From: an uncultured Pelagibacteraceae bacterium
GTDB lineage: Bacteria; Pseudomonadota; Alphaproteobacteria; Pelagibacterales; AG-422-B15
Direction: 5' to 3'
Length of the DNA stretch: 64,000 nucleotides
Assembly (NCBI GenBank): GCA_902590345.1
Contig: CACIWK010000003.1
Span: forward strand, 13,232 to 77,231
This document shows, piece after piece, positions 1 to 10,503 of this stretch. The notes beneath the pieces are model-generated. The model made no database searches and was not told where the DNA came from. It saw only the letters and a list, made by a program, of their open reading frames with translations. Every line of letters starts with the position of its first letter. Position 1 is the first letter of the stretch. The position numbers and the translations under genes are program-made.

Positions 1-590
1 AGAACCCTGTCAATATTTCATTAGATAAGATTACAGTTCAAAAAGAGATCAATTCTGGTGGTTTCCTAACTAGAATATTTTCACTTAACATTGATGGAAA
101 GAAAAGCTTAGCAATTCCAAGAGAGGTTCAATTTGATCCACTTTCTGATCAACCTATACATATTGATTTTTTAAGACTAGCTGCAGACTCAAAAATTACT
201 CTGGACATTCCCACTAGGTTTATAAATGAAGAGTTATCACCTGGATTAAAACGAGGCGGTGTTCTAAATGTTAATAGACGTACTGTTCAACTAAGTTGCC
301 CTGCTAATAATATACCTGAAGAGATAGTTTTCGATCTAGAGGGTTTAGAAATAGGTGACACAATCAGAATTTCTGCTGCAAATTTAGGTGACGGAATTTC
401 TCCAACAATTAGTGATAGAGATTTCACTGTAGCATCTGTTGCTGCACCTACTGTTGTAAAAGAACCTGAAGCTCCTGCAGAAGGTGAGGCTGCTGAAGGT
501 GAAGCTACTGAGGGTGGTGCCGCTGCTGAAGATAAAAAAGATGCAGCTCCAGGGGCTGATAACAAAGAAGAAAACAAAGATAAAGAATAA
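1..590 (+). CDS. rplY: 50S ribosomal protein L25 / Ctc family, C-terminal part (5' end outside window)
   Basis: Frame 3 is open from the window edge to TAA at 588-590. It is absent from the ORF track because it has no start codon here. The translation (...IHIDFLRL...LSPGLKRGGVLNVNRR...LEGLEIGDTIRIS...) resembles the Ctc-type L25 C-domain and ends in an acidic Ala/Glu/Lys tail. pth follows directly, as is usual. Confidence 0.8.
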   Translation, partial: NPVNISLDKITVQKEINSGGFLTRIFSLNIDGKKSLAIPREVQFDPLSDQPIHIDFLRLAADSKITLDIPTRFINEELSPGLKRGGVLNVNRRTVQLSCPANNIPEEIVFDLEGLEIGDTIRISAANLGDGISPTISDRDFTVASVAAPTVVKEPEAPAEGEAAEGEATEGGAAAEDKKDAAPGADNKEENKDKE

Positions 591-635
591 CACTTTTTCT
601 TTTACCTATTTTGATATTTATATATCTTCAATCAT

Positions 636-1190
636 ATGATTGCATTAATTGGATTAGGGAATCCTGGCACAAAGCATAAAAATAATAGACATAATGTGGG
701 CTATTTATTTATCGATCAGCTTTTACAAGATCATGATGATGCAATGAGAGAAAAGAAATTTGATGGGGAGTTGGCATCGTTTCTTATTGGAAAGAAAAAA
801 ATATACACCTTTAAATCCAATGATTATATGAATGAGTGTGGTAAAAGTATTGCAACTTTTTTAAACTTTTTCAAAATTAAATCAAATTTAACTTATGTTA
901 TTCATGATGATCTAGATATTACTTTAGGAAAAATAAAAATCAAGTTGGGGGGTTCTTCCGCAGGTCATAATGGGCTCAAATCAATGGATAGTAAAATTGG
1001 AAAAAATTATAATAGAATAAGAATAGGTATAAATCATCCAGGCAACAAAGAAATGGTTAATAAACATGTATTAAGTAATTTTAAAAAAAGTGAGTTAGAA
1101 GTTATTAATGAATTAAATATAAAAATGTCTAAAAATATAAAAATATTATTAGATGGAGAAAAATCCAAATTTATTAACAATTTAAAGTAA
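636..1190 (+). CDS. pth: peptidyl-tRNA hydrolase
   Basis: N-terminal LIGLGNPG...NRHNVG motif, size 184 aa, position between L25 and ychF. Confidence 0.93.
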   Translation: MIALIGLGNPGTKHKNNRHNVGYLFIDQLLQDHDDAMREKKFDGELASFLIGKKKIYTFKSNDYMNECGKSIATFLNFFKIKSNLTYVIHDDLDITLGKIKIKLGGSSAGHNGLKSMDSKIGKNYNRIRIGINHPGNKEMVNKHVLSNFKKSELEVINELNIKMSKNIKILLDGEKSKFINNLK

Positions 1191-1196
1191 TCGATC

Positions 1197-2285
1197 ATGG
1201 GATTTAAGTGTGGAATTGTTGGATTGCCAAATGTTGGAAAATCAACATTGTTCAATGCATTAACAAAGAAAATAGCCGCTGAAGCTGCAAACTACCCTTT
1301 TTGTACCATTGAACCAAATGAGGGTACTGTAATAGTGCCTGATACAAGAGTAGAAACTCTTTCCAATTTAGCAAAATCAAAAAAAACAATACCAACATCT
1401 CTTAGTTTTTACGATATAGCGGGTTTAGTTAAAGGTGCTTCTAAAGGAGAGGGACTCGGAAATAAATTTTTATCTCATATTAGAGAAGTAGATGCAGTTA
1501 TTCATGTGGTTCGCTGTTTTGAAGATACTAATATTACTCATGTAAACAATAAAATAGATCCTGTTGATGATATTGAAACGATTAATACTGAATTAGTTCT
1601 ATCCGACATCGAACAACTCGAAAAAATAAATAAAGGACTAGAAAAACTAGTAAAAAAAGGTGATAAAGAAGCCAAATTAAAAACAGAGGCTTTGAAACTT
1701 CTACTCAATCACTTAGAATCAGGTCAGCCTGCTATTTTAATGAAGAATTTAAATGAAATTTTTGCGCATATAAAAGAGTTCAACTTAATTACAATCAAGC
1801 CAACAATTTACGTATGTAATGTTGATGAAAATTCAATAATTGAAGGTAATGAACTAACTTTAAGAATTGAAAATTTTCTAAATTCTAAATTAATTAAGAT
1901 TTCAGCAGAAATTGAGTCACAAATCTCGTCTTTAAATGAAGACGATCAAAAAGATTATCTTGAAAGTCTAGGATTAGATGAGTCTGGCTTGAATAAGGTT
2001 ATAAAAGCTGGATATTCGACTCTTAACTTAATTACTTATTTCACTGCTGGCGAACAAGAAACAAGGGCATGGACGATTGAAAATGGCACTACTGCACCAA
2101 AAGCTGCAGGAAAAATCCACACAGACTTTGAGAAAGGCTTCATTAGAGCTGAAACTATATCATATACAGACTATTTAGATTGTGAAGGTGAGTCAAAAGC
2201 GAAAGAACTTGGAAAGATGCGTAGCGAAGGAAAGGATTATGTAGTACAAGATGGTGACGTAATGCATTTTTTATTTAATAATTAA
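1197..2285 (+). CDS. ychF: ribosome-binding ATPase YchF (Obg-family GTPase/ATPase)
   Basis: P-loop GIVGLPNVGKSTLFNALT. C-terminal TGS-like region with TAPKAAGKIHTDFEKGFIRAE. 362 aa. Confidence 0.95.
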   Translation: MGFKCGIVGLPNVGKSTLFNALTKKIAAEAANYPFCTIEPNEGTVIVPDTRVETLSNLAKSKKTIPTSLSFYDIAGLVKGASKGEGLGNKFLSHIREVDAVIHVVRCFEDTNITHVNNKIDPVDDIETINTELVLSDIEQLEKINKGLEKLVKKGDKEAKLKTEALKLLLNHLESGQPAILMKNLNEIFAHIKEFNLITIKPTIYVCNVDENSIIEGNELTLRIENFLNSKLIKISAEIESQISSLNEDDQKDYLESLGLDESGLNKVIKAGYSTLNLITYFTAGEQETRAWTIENGTTAPKAAGKIHTDFEKGFIRAETISYTDYLDCEGESKAKELGKMRSEGKDYVVQDGDVMHFLFNN

Positions 2286-2287
2286 TC

Positions 2288-2734
2288 ATGGACCATAAAC
2301 TAGAATTTCCTTCATATGAAGAAATGCATGAAAAAGCAGTTAAGCTTGCGCATCTCATAAAAGAAAAAAACATTAAATTTGATAAAATGGTTGTTGTCTC
2401 TCGAGGTGGATTTGTACCTGCTTCAGTTGTCGCTTACACTCTTGGGATTCAGGACGTAGATATTGTTTCCATACAAAGTTATATCCATAGAGAGGCTGGA
2501 AAAGCAATTGTTCACAGAGCTCCGAAAACTGATGAAGTTGTACTCGTCATAGATGATATTGTTGATAAGGGTGGTACCGCTAAAGCGCTAAAGGAATACA
2601 TGCCTAATATGCACTTAGCTGTAATATATGCGAAACCAAGAGGTCTACCTTTAGCTGATACATATGTTGAGGAAATTACACAAGAAACTTGGCCTGTCTT
2701 CCCCTGGGATGAGGAAGACAAAGCCAATCATTAA
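2288..2734 (+). CDS. gpt: xanthine-guanine phosphoribosyltransferase
   Basis: 148 aa. VSRGGFVPA and the PRPP-binding loop VLVIDDIVDKGGTA align by eye with E. coli Gpt, and the C-terminal WPVFPWD resembles Gpt QPWD. Confidence 0.85.
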   Translation: MDHKLEFPSYEEMHEKAVKLAHLIKEKNIKFDKMVVVSRGGFVPASVVAYTLGIQDVDIVSIQSYIHREAGKAIVHRAPKTDEVVLVIDDIVDKGGTAKALKEYMPNMHLAVIYAKPRGLPLADTYVEEITQETWPVFPWDEEDKANH

Positions 2735-2739
2735 CTAAA

Positions 2740-4029
2740 CTAGAAGATAAAGTATAGTACCGATAATACTCCAATTACTATCGAACCAGCATTTAGATCT
2801 TCGTGTCTACCACTTAGTGCTTTAATTACAACGTATGCTATAAAACCAAGAGCAATTCCATGAGCAATGCTAAATGTAAGAGGCATCAAAACTGCCGCTA
2901 ACACTGCTGGAGCATATTCACTGACGTCATCCCATTCTATATCCCTTAGGTTTTTCAAAAAGAATGTTGCAACAAACACTAAAGCTGGAGCAGTTGCAAA
3001 TGCAGGAATACTTTGAGCTAATGGTGCTAAAAATAAACAGATTGCAAATAGAACTGCCACAGCAACCGCTGTAAGTCCTGTTCGCCCACCTTCTTTAACA
3101 CCTGCTCCAGATTCAATGTATGATGTAGTATTGGAAGTTCCAACTAATGCACCTATTGTTGTAGCTGTGGAGTCTGCTAAAACTGCTCTACCTATCCCAT
3201 CAACGTTTCCGTCTTGGTCAACTTTACCTGTTAAATTGGCAACTGAAGTAAGAGTTCCAGCGGTATCGAAAAAGTCTACAAAAAGAAAAGCAAACGCGAC
3301 ACCAATAAAACCTGCTGTTGCTACAAGGCTAAAGTCCATTGAGAACGCATGAACAGCTGGTGGAACTGATCCCACAACTCCATCAATTGCGCTCACACCG
3401 CTTACCCAAGCAATAATACTTACTGCAAGTATACCGATGATAATTGATCCTGGAACACCGCGCTTATCTAAAATTGCCATAATTGCGAATCCGACAGCAG
3501 CCAATATCACAGGCATTGAACTTACATCACCTAAACCAACTAAAGTTGCAGGATTATCTACAACCACACCAGCATTTTTTAATCCTATAATAGCTAAGAA
3601 CAATCCTATGCCTGCCCCTACGCCAAACTTCATACTTTTTGGTATGCTATTTATTATCCACTGACGTGCCGGTGTTACAGATAAAATTAAAAACACTATC
3701 CCTGCAATAAACACTGCGGCAAGAGCCTGCTGGTAGGTATAACCCATTCCAAATACAACTCCAAAAGCAAAGAAAGCGTTTAAACCCATACCAGGTGCTA
3801 GGGCAATTGGCCAATTAGCCCACAGGCCCATTATTAGACAGCCAACCACAGCAGCTATGATTGTGGCAACAAATACACCGCCAAAATCCATACCGGTTCC
3901 CTCAGTAGATAAGATTGCCGGATTAACGACGATAATATATGCCATTGTTAAGAACGTGGCTAAACCTGCCAATAACTCAGTTTTTACACTAGTACCGTTC
4001 TCTTTTAATTTAAAAATATTTTCTAACAT
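2740..4029 (-). CDS. NCS2/AzgA-family purine (adenine/guanine/hypoxanthine) permease
   Basis: 429-aa polytopic membrane protein. The N-terminus FKLKENGTSVKTELLAGLATFLTMAYIIVVNP is typical of AzgA/PbuG-type permeases. It is convergent with gpt. Confidence 0.85.
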   Translation of the reverse strand: MLENIFKLKENGTSVKTELLAGLATFLTMAYIIVVNPAILSTEGTGMDFGGVFVATIIAAVVGCLIMGLWANWPIALAPGMGLNAFFAFGVVFGMGYTYQQALAAVFIAGIVFLILSVTPARQWIINSIPKSMKFGVGAGIGLFLAIIGLKNAGVVVDNPATLVGLGDVSSMPVILAAVGFAIMAILDKRGVPGSIIIGILAVSIIAWVSGVSAIDGVVGSVPPAVHAFSMDFSLVATAGFIGVAFAFLFVDFFDTAGTLTSVANLTGKVDQDGNVDGIGRAVLADSTATTIGALVGTSNTTSYIESGAGVKEGGRTGLTAVAVAVLFAICLFLAPLAQSIPAFATAPALVFVATFFLKNLRDIEWDDVSEYAPAVLAAVLMPLTFSIAHGIALGFIAYVVIKALSGRHEDLNAGSIVIGVLSVLYFIF

Positions 4030-4178
4030 TCAGTTCCTCCGTTTAGTAAGAGTTTAATTTACATTACCAAAATGAAGTAATCGAGATCGATAAAATGTTT
4101 CTGTGGATAAGGATACTGATAATTTACTTAAAATTATTTTTTTAAATAATTGAAAATCAATTGTTTTTAGAAAATAGA

Positions 4179-4955
4179 CTAATGAGTATCTTTCCAAATT
4201 TGTCGATTAGTGAAGTAGAGTAATACAGAAAGAATTAATAAGTATGAAATTACCTTAAAACCGATTCTTTTTCTCGCCTCTAGCTTTGGTTCTGCTGCCC
4301 ATGTAAGAAACATTGTGACGTCCCGTGCCATTTGTTCTGGCGTTGCAGCTGTTCCATCTGTGTAAACTACAGCATCCTCATACAATACTTGAGGCATCGC
4401 TATTTTTTGGCCTTTTGCGTACTCATTGTAATAAACACCATCATCGAGTTTAATATCACTTGGTGCATCAACATAACCCAACAATAAAGAGTACAAATAG
4501 TCTGCTCCACCATGTCGTGCTTTAACCATTACAGATAAATCCGGCGGATAAGCGCCGCCGTTTGCAGCTCTTCCCTGTTGTTCATTCTCATATGGGCTAA
4601 CAAACTTGTCAGATAATATTGCAGGACGCATTTCAACTTCTCCATCGGCATTTGGAGCAGCTTTTACTTCAAATGCTGCAGCCATTGCTTTAGCTTGAGA
4701 CTCGCTGAATTCAGGGCCACCCTCTTCAATTAGATTTCTATAACTTAAAAGGTTCATTGAATGACATCCTGAACAGACTTCGGTATAAACTTGATACCCT
4801 CTTTGAAGCGATGCTCTCTCAAATTTTCCTAATGGTCCTTCAAATGACCAATCAGGATGCATAGGCTCTTTCATTTCACCAGCAGCATGTAATTGAGTGA
4901 AGCTAAAGCTCAGTAGTAATGAGAAAGATACAAATAAATTTATAATAAATCTCAT
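4179..4955 (-). CDS. petC: cytochrome c1 of the bc1 complex
   Basis: Signal peptide, heme-c site CSGCHS, C-terminal TM anchor, last gene of the petA-petB-petC string. Confidence 0.92.
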   Translation of the reverse strand: MRFIINLFVSFSLLLSFSFTQLHAAGEMKEPMHPDWSFEGPLGKFERASLQRGYQVYTEVCSGCHSMNLLSYRNLIEEGGPEFSESQAKAMAAAFEVKAAPNADGEVEMRPAILSDKFVSPYENEQQGRAANGGAYPPDLSVMVKARHGGADYLYSLLLGYVDAPSDIKLDDGVYYNEYAKGQKIAMPQVLYEDAVVYTDGTAATPEQMARDVTMFLTWAAEPKLEARKRIGFKVISYLLILSVLLYFTNRQIWKDTH

Positions 4956-4965
4956 ATATCAATAG

Positions 4966-6225
4966 CTATGCACTGGCTCCAGAGGCAGCGGCCTTCATCT
5001 GTCTTTCCTCGGGAGAAAGAACAGGCTCACTCAAGCTCTTAGGCAAAGGTTTGGTTTTTTCAATATAGCCAAGTAAAGGTAAAATAATTATAAAATGAGC
5101 AAAATAATAAGCAGTAGCAATTCGTCCAATAATCAGAAATAGACCATCAGCAGTCTGAGCCCCTAGATAACCAAGCAATATTACATTAGCAAAGAAAAGC
5201 CATACAAACTGTCTATAGAGAGGTCTGTATTTTGCTGACCTAACTTTTGAAGTATCCAGCCAAGGTAAGAATGCTAAAATAGCAATTGCAGAAATCATTA
5301 AAATTACTCCTCCGAGTTTATCTGGTACAGATCTCAAGATTGCATAGAATGGAAGAAAATACCATTCTGGGACAATATGTTCCGGAGTTTGCAAAGGGTT
5401 AGCTTCAATATAATTGTCAGTATGTCCAAGTAAATTAGGGACAAAGAATACAAAGCCCGCGAATACAACTAAGAACACAACAAGTGCAAACATATCTTTT
5501 ACAACGTAATGAGGATGGAAAGGAACTGTATCTTGAGAACCTTGAACAACATTAATACCCTCAGGATTATTATTACCAGGTACATGTAGTGCCCAAACAT
5601 GAAGTATAACGAGGGCAAAAATCAGGAAAGGCATCAGGTAATGTAATGTGAAAAACCTAGTTAAAAGTGGGCTACCAACAGCATAACCTCCCCACAACCA
5701 GTTAGTTACTGACTCACCTACCAAAGGAATTGCACTGAATAAATTTGTTATAACTGTAGCTCCCCAGAAACTCATTTGGCCCCACGGAAGCACATACCCC
5801 ATAAAGGCAGTAGCAATCATGAGTAAAAATATAAACACACCAATAATCCAGATTAATTCTCTTGGTTCTTTATATGAGCCGTAGAATAGCGATCTTGCCA
5901 TATGAATATATACCGCCATAAAAAATAGTGATGCACCGTTTGCATGTATGTATCTTAATAACCACCCATAATTAACATCTCTCATAATATGCTCTACACT
6001 TGCAAAAGCTAAATCGGCGTCAGCAACATAGTGCATTGCTAGGACAAGTCCTGTAATTATTTGGGTAACAAGACAAAAAGTTAAAATTCCACCAAATGTC
6101 CACCAATAATTTAAATTTTTCGGCGTTGGATATGGAAGTAAATGTCCATAAATTAAGTTTAAAAGTGGTAGACGGTCATTAAACCATCTTCCAACTGCTG
6201 ATTTAGGTGCATAATTTTCGCTCAT
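4966..6225 (-). CDS. petB: cytochrome b of the bc1 complex
   Basis: 419-aa polytopic protein with the conserved [13 protein letters not shown] motif and His ligands. It lies between the Rieske and c1 genes. Confidence 0.95.
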   Translation of the reverse strand: MSENYAPKSAVGRWFNDRLPLLNLIYGHLLPYPTPKNLNYWWTFGGILTFCLVTQIITGLVLAMHYVADADLAFASVEHIMRDVNYGWLLRYIHANGASLFFMAVYIHMARSLFYGSYKEPRELIWIIGVFIFLLMIATAFMGYVLPWGQMSFWGATVITNLFSAIPLVGESVTNWLWGGYAVGSPLLTRFFTLHYLMPFLIFALVILHVWALHVPGNNNPEGINVVQGSQDTVPFHPHYVVKDMFALVVFLVVFAGFVFFVPNLLGHTDNYIEANPLQTPEHIVPEWYFLPFYAILRSVPDKLGGVILMISAIAILAFLPWLDTSKVRSAKYRPLYRQFVWLFFANVILLGYLGAQTADGLFLIIGRIATAYYFAHFIIILPLLGYIEKTKPLPKSLSEPVLSPEERQMKAAASGASA

Positions 6226-6231
6226 ACTTTT

Positions 6232-6741
6232 TTATCCAATTTTAATAGTAGTTTCGTTTAAGAATACATAATCCGGAATCTCAAGATTTGTAGGTGCAGG
6301 TCCCTTTCTTATCCTACCAGATGTATCATAATGAGAACCATGACATGGACAAAACCATCCATTGTAATCACCTTTTTGTCCAAGCGGCACACATCCAAGA
6401 TGGGTACAAATTCCAACCATAACAAGCCATTCAGGATTTTGTGCTCGATCGCTATCTTCCTCTGGGTGCGGTAAATCAGCTAAATTCACTTTCTTTGCCT
6501 CATCAATTTCAGCCTGTGTTCGCCTTCTAATAAATACCGGTTTACCCCTCCACATCACAGTAATGCTTTGTCCAGGTATTATGGGCCTTAGATCAATCTC
6601 AGTTGATGCTAACGCTTTAACTGATGCATCAGGGTTCATTTGGTCAACGAAAGGCCATGCTAATGAAGCGGCTCCCGCAGCTGCAAATGCACCTGTAGTG
6701 ACATAAAGAAAATTTCTTCTTGTAACTTGTTTTTCTGACAA
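6232..6741 (-). CDS. petA: ubiquinol-cytochrome c reductase Rieske iron-sulfur subunit
   Basis: Tat-like N-terminus (TRRNFLY) and 2Fe-2S boxes CTHLGC and CPCHGSHYD. Confidence 0.95.
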   Translation of the reverse strand: MSEKQVTRRNFLYVTTGAFAAAGAASLAWPFVDQMNPDASVKALASTEIDLRPIIPGQSITVMWRGKPVFIRRRTQAEIDEAKKVNLADLPHPEEDSDRAQNPEWLVMVGICTHLGCVPLGQKGDYNGWFCPCHGSHYDTSGRIRKGPAPTNLEIPDYVFLNETTIKIG

Positions 6742-6877
6742 CTTAATATCCTTGAGTTATATTGCTAATATACTTGTAAATCTTCGTTTTTTAAGGGAAA
6801 AAGGCAATCTAAAGTGCTAAAAATTGTGTCATGATGACGCATATATTAGGATTAAAAAGTTATAAAATATCAATTAG

Positions 6878-7321
6878 ATGAACTTAGCAATTTTTGAACC
6901 TGATATACCTCAAAATACTGGAGCAATGGTAAGGATTTGCTCTTGTTTCGGCGTCAATATTGATATCATTCATCCAGCCTCATTTGCAATGTCGGAAAAA
7001 TCTCTAAGCAGAGTTGCAATGGACTATGGTAGAAATATTAATTTAACAGAGTTTGACGATTGGAAGCACTACGAGAAAAATAGAAAAGGAAGAAAAATAC
7101 TGTTATCTACAAAAGGAAAACTTAGTCACTATGATTTTGAGTTTAAGGGTAATGATAATTTAATTGTTGGAAGAGAAAGTGCGGGAGTACCAGATTACGT
7201 TCACAAACAATCTGACCAAATAATAAGAATACCAATGAACAGTTCCGCAAGATCTTTAAATGTTGCCGTGTCTTCAGCTATAGTTATTTCTGAGGCAAAC
7301 AGACAGTTAAAACTATTTTGA
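6878..7321 (+). CDS. trmL: tRNA (cytidine/uridine-2'-O)-methyltransferase, SpoU/TrmL type
   Basis: 147 aa. N-terminal EPDIPQNTGAMVR and C-terminal SLNVAVSSAIV are typical of YibK/TrmL SPOUT methyltransferases. Confidence 0.8.
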   Translation: MNLAIFEPDIPQNTGAMVRICSCFGVNIDIIHPASFAMSEKSLSRVAMDYGRNINLTEFDDWKHYEKNRKGRKILLSTKGKLSHYDFEFKGNDNLIVGRESAGVPDYVHKQSDQIIRIPMNSSARSLNVAVSSAIVISEANRQLKLF

Positions 7322-7322
7322 A

Positions 7323-8126
7323 ATGTTAAATAAAAAAAAGATAACTAAAGCATGGTTCAAGGGATTGCAGGATCTAATCTGTGAGACTGTACTTGAACTC
7401 GAAAAAAAAAATGGATCAAAAGCAAGGTTCAAAACTAATAAATGGAAAAAAGGTGAATATAGAATAATTAAGGGAAATGTAATCGAAAAAGGCGGTATAG
7501 CATTTTCAAATGTAACAGGTACCTTTCCAAAAGAATTTGCAAAACAAATTCCAGGAACTGAAAAGAATAAAAAATTTTGGTCCACAGGAGTATCTGTAGT
7601 GCTTCACCCAGCAAATCCAAAGGTTCCTGCATTACATTTCAATACTCGGCACATAATAACGGGTAAAAATTGGTTTGGTGGCGGTATTGACGCCACTCCA
7701 TGTTTTAAAGACGCTAAGTTAAAGAAACAATTTCATAATAAATTAAAAACAATGTGTGAAAATCATAATAAATCTTATTACAAAAATTATAAAAAATGGT
7801 GTGATGAATATTTCTATTTACCCCACAGAAAAGAAATAAGAGGAATTGGCGGAATATTTTTTGACTATAAAATGGATGATTGGAAAAAAGATTTTGATTT
7901 TGTTAAGGACGTTGGCTTAACTTTTAATGATATTGTAAAAGAAATAATAAGCCAAAAAATGAATGAAAAGTTCACAAAAAAAGATAAAGAAATTCAGTTA
8001 TTGAAACGTGGGAGGTACGTGGAATATAATCTTTTATACGATCGAGGAACAAAATTTGGCTTAAACACTGGTGGTAATATTGATGCAATTTTAATGTCAA
8101 TGCCTCCTAATGCTAAATGGAAATAA
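7323..8126 (+). CDS. hemF: oxygen-dependent coproporphyrinogen III oxidase
   Basis: Motifs [26 protein letters not shown] and [19 protein letters not shown] are diagnostic of HemF. Confidence 0.92.
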   Translation: MLNKKKITKAWFKGLQDLICETVLELEKKNGSKARFKTNKWKKGEYRIIKGNVIEKGGIAFSNVTGTFPKEFAKQIPGTEKNKKFWSTGVSVVLHPANPKVPALHFNTRHIITGKNWFGGGIDATPCFKDAKLKKQFHNKLKTMCENHNKSYYKNYKKWCDEYFYLPHRKEIRGIGGIFFDYKMDDWKKDFDFVKDVGLTFNDIVKEIISQKMNEKFTKKDKEIQLLKRGRYVEYNLLYDRGTKFGLNTGGNIDAILMSMPPNAKWK

Positions 8127-8608
8127 AAATGGAAACTGAACCAATTACATCAAATGGCGCAAAAAAACTTCAAGATGAATTAAGCGATTTGATAAATAAT
8201 AAAAGACAAAAAGTAATTCAAGCCATTGCGGAGGCGAGAGAGCACGGCGATTTAAAGGAAAACGCAGAGTACCATGCGGCAAAAGAGGAGCAAGGTCACA
8301 TTGAGGGTCGTATTCAGGAAATTCAATTACTATTAGCTAATGCAGAAATCATTGATATTTCAAATATTCCTAAAAATCAAAAAACTGTAGTCTTTGGTGC
8401 AACTGTTGAAGTTGAAGATATTGATAATGATACAAAGACAAAGTTTCAAATTGTTGGTGATGATGAAGCAGATATTGAATCGGGTCTGCTATCTTACAGA
8501 TCACCTGTTGCTAAAGCATTAATTGGAAAAGAAAAAGGCGATTTCGTATCAGTTTCAACGCCAAAAGGAGAGAAAAACTACGAGATTAAGAAAATTTTAT
8601 ATAAGTAA
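8117..8608 (+). CDS. greA: transcription elongation factor GreA
   Basis: [16 protein letters not shown] coiled-coil motif and C-terminal FKBP-like domain. The start may instead be the Met at 8129. Overlaps the hemF end. Confidence 0.92.
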   Translation: MEIKMETEPITSNGAKKLQDELSDLINNKRQKVIQAIAEAREHGDLKENAEYHAAKEEQGHIEGRIQEIQLLLANAEIIDISNIPKNQKTVVFGATVEVEDIDNDTKTKFQIVGDDEADIESGLLSYRSPVAKALIGKEKGDFVSVSTPKGEKNYEIKKILYK

Positions 8609-8614
8609 AAAAAA

Positions 8615-9847
8615 TTATTTTTTTGATTGAACGATTGCTTTAAGCCTCTCAATTAATGAAAACTTATCATCAATAAAATCATTTTCTGCCCACCAGTCTT
8701 CAACCTCTTTTAAGATGTCTCCAACCATTGGGCCTTGAGATATTCCCATGTTTATTACATCTTTGGCTGTTAGAGCAAAAGATGGCTTCTCCCAGCTTTG
8801 AGCAACTTCATATAGAGATCTCCAATTTACTTCATTTTTATTATTTGTATCCTTAGCCCAATTAACAAGTATTTGTTTTTGAAAACCGTCACGACCTAAT
8901 AGATAAAGTAAATATCTAACTTCTTTCATTGACATATAAGAAACGATTTTTTTATTCAGTGTGCTTAATTTCAATAAGTCAGTAGAGTCTGATTTTGATA
9001 AAGGTAATTTTTTTATGATAGTATTCGCTTTATCCAACGAGTTTTCAATTAGAGTACTTAATCTCAATATTGGATCAATTGAAAGAGATATTCTACTTTC
9101 TATTTCAATTAAATTTACAAATGCATCATTTATGCTAGTGCCATCAAAATAAACATCAAGCAAACCTATTTCACTCATTGCAGATATTGCATGATTTGGA
9201 GCATTTAGACTTAGAATTGACTTTAGTTCATTCCATTGCCTTTCCTTAGAAACAACTGATAACTTATCAAGATTTGCTTTTATTGTTTTCATCACCTCTG
9301 CGTCAGGAGATATATCGCCAAATAATGCTAAAAAACGAAAATACCTTAGTATTCTAAGGTAATCTTCTTTTATTCTTTCATCTGGATTTCCAATGAAACG
9401 AACGACTCTGTTTTCTAAATCTGTTTTACCATCTTTAGGGTCTATTAAATTTCCACCCTTATCTAAATACATTGCATTTATTGTAAAATCTCTCCTTAAA
9501 GCATCTTCCTCTAAACTATTTGAGAATGAGACTTGAGCATGTCTTCCATCAGTAAAAATATCGTTTCTAAAAGTTGTAATTTCAAACTTTCTTTCATTTA
9601 TTATTGCTGTAACCGTTCCATGATCTATTCCTACATCAATAAATTTAATATTTTCTTTATTGAGTATTTCGGTAATAGTCTTTGGTTTCAAAGAAGTAGC
9701 AAAATCAATATCTGTGACTTCTCTATTTAAAAGTGCGTCTCTGATACAGCCCCCTACAACATAAATACTATTTTTTTGATAGGTTTCAAAAAGATCAAAA
9801 ACTTGCGCAACATCGTTTTGTTCTAGGATTGATGAAAATCTACTCAT
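8615..9847 (-). CDS. cca: CCA-adding enzyme / poly(A) polymerase family tRNA nucleotidyltransferase
   Basis: N-terminal GGCIRDALL...DIDF nucleotidyltransferase signature, 410 aa, alphaproteobacterial synteny with the Nudix and DUF1285 genes. Confidence 0.85.
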   Translation of the reverse strand: MSRFSSILEQNDVAQVFDLFETYQKNSIYVVGGCIRDALLNREVTDIDFATSLKPKTITEILNKENIKFIDVGIDHGTVTAIINERKFEITTFRNDIFTDGRHAQVSFSNSLEEDALRRDFTINAMYLDKGGNLIDPKDGKTDLENRVVRFIGNPDERIKEDYLRILRYFRFLALFGDISPDAEVMKTIKANLDKLSVVSKERQWNELKSILSLNAPNHAISAMSEIGLLDVYFDGTSINDAFVNLIEIESRISLSIDPILRLSTLIENSLDKANTIIKKLPLSKSDSTDLLKLSTLNKKIVSYMSMKEVRYLLYLLGRDGFQKQILVNWAKDTNNKNEVNWRSLYEVAQSWEKPSFALTAKDVINMGISQGPMVGDILKEVEDWWAENDFIDDKFSLIERLKAIVQSKK

Positions 9848-9864
9848 AAGACAGATTATTTATA

Positions 9865-10503
9865 TTATTTTAGAATTTGATAAAGATTAATCAACATTCC
9901 AGCGGTTGCTCCCCAAATATTGTAATCTTTATAAGGTAAAACGTAATAGTCATATTCATATTTTTTATTGTTTACCTCATATGTGGCACTTTCTTTCTTA
10001 TGATTGTTTGAGTCCATTAAGAATTCTAAGGGGAGAAAAAATATTTCATCCACTTCATTTTGATTTGCCTTTAGATAAGAGTAATCAGATACTATAGATA
10101 CAATTGGCATGATCCTAAATCCTGTGCCAGTTATATATACATCTAGATTTCCTAACACATTTACATCATCAGATTTTAAACCAACTTCTTCGTTAGCCTC
10201 TCGTAAAGCAGTTTCTATTGGAGACGTATCATTTTTTTCAATTTTACCTCCAGGAAAACTAATTTGTCCTGCATGATCTTTTAAATTATCCAGTCTTTTA
10301 GTTAATAATATTTTTACTTCATTATTTGAATAACATATGGGTACAAGTACAGCTGATGGATTTAGTTTAGCTTTATCTTTTTCAGCTTCTGCCAGAGGGT
10401 GATGATGTCTTGTTAAAAAATCATTTGTAAGTATTTCAAAATACTCATGAGATATCTTCTCTGGACCATCAAATAAATCCCTCAATTTATCTAAAGGCAT
10501 CAT
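9865..10503 (-). CDS. Nudix hydrolase, CoA pyrophosphatase-like
   Basis: Nudix box GGKIEKNDTSPIETALREANEEVGL. Size and context are typical of NudL-like CoA pyrophosphatases. Confidence 0.8.
   Translation of the reverse strand: MMPLDKLRDLFDGPEKISHEYFEILTNDFLTRHHHPLAEAEKDKAKLNPSAVLVPICYSNNEVKILLTKRLDNLKDHAGQISFPGGKIEKNDTSPIETALREANEEVGLKSDDVNVLGNLDVYITGTGFRIMPIVSIVSDYSYLKANQNEVDEIFFLPLEFLMDSNNHKKESATYEVNNKKYEYDYYVLPYKDYNIWGATAGMLINLYQILK

Noticed and set aside
287-593. Two minus-strand ORFs (96 and 69 aa) from the ORF track.
   Set aside because: They lie antisense to the clearly conserved L25/Ctc frame. They arise from the GC-rich Ala/Glu repeat tail and give low-complexity translations.
4030-4178. 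Possible purine riboswitch in the 149-nt leader of the purine permease. This is one of the longest non-coding stretches, next to gpt.
   Set aside because: I reverse-complemented the leader by hand. It has an AAGTAA...TTACTT pairing and a TCGATCTCGA palindrome, but none of the conserved purine-riboswitch loop or junction sequences (such as the UUUCUACC and CCGUAAAU-like elements), and the enclosed region is too short. A covariance-model scan would settle it.
7402-7411. A10 homopolymer inside hemF as a possible slippage or phase-variation site. Similar runs occur in ispA and coxB.
   Set aside because: The run is in frame (E-K-K-N) within an intact, conserved ORF. Such runs are expected from the Lys-rich, AT-rich coding bias.
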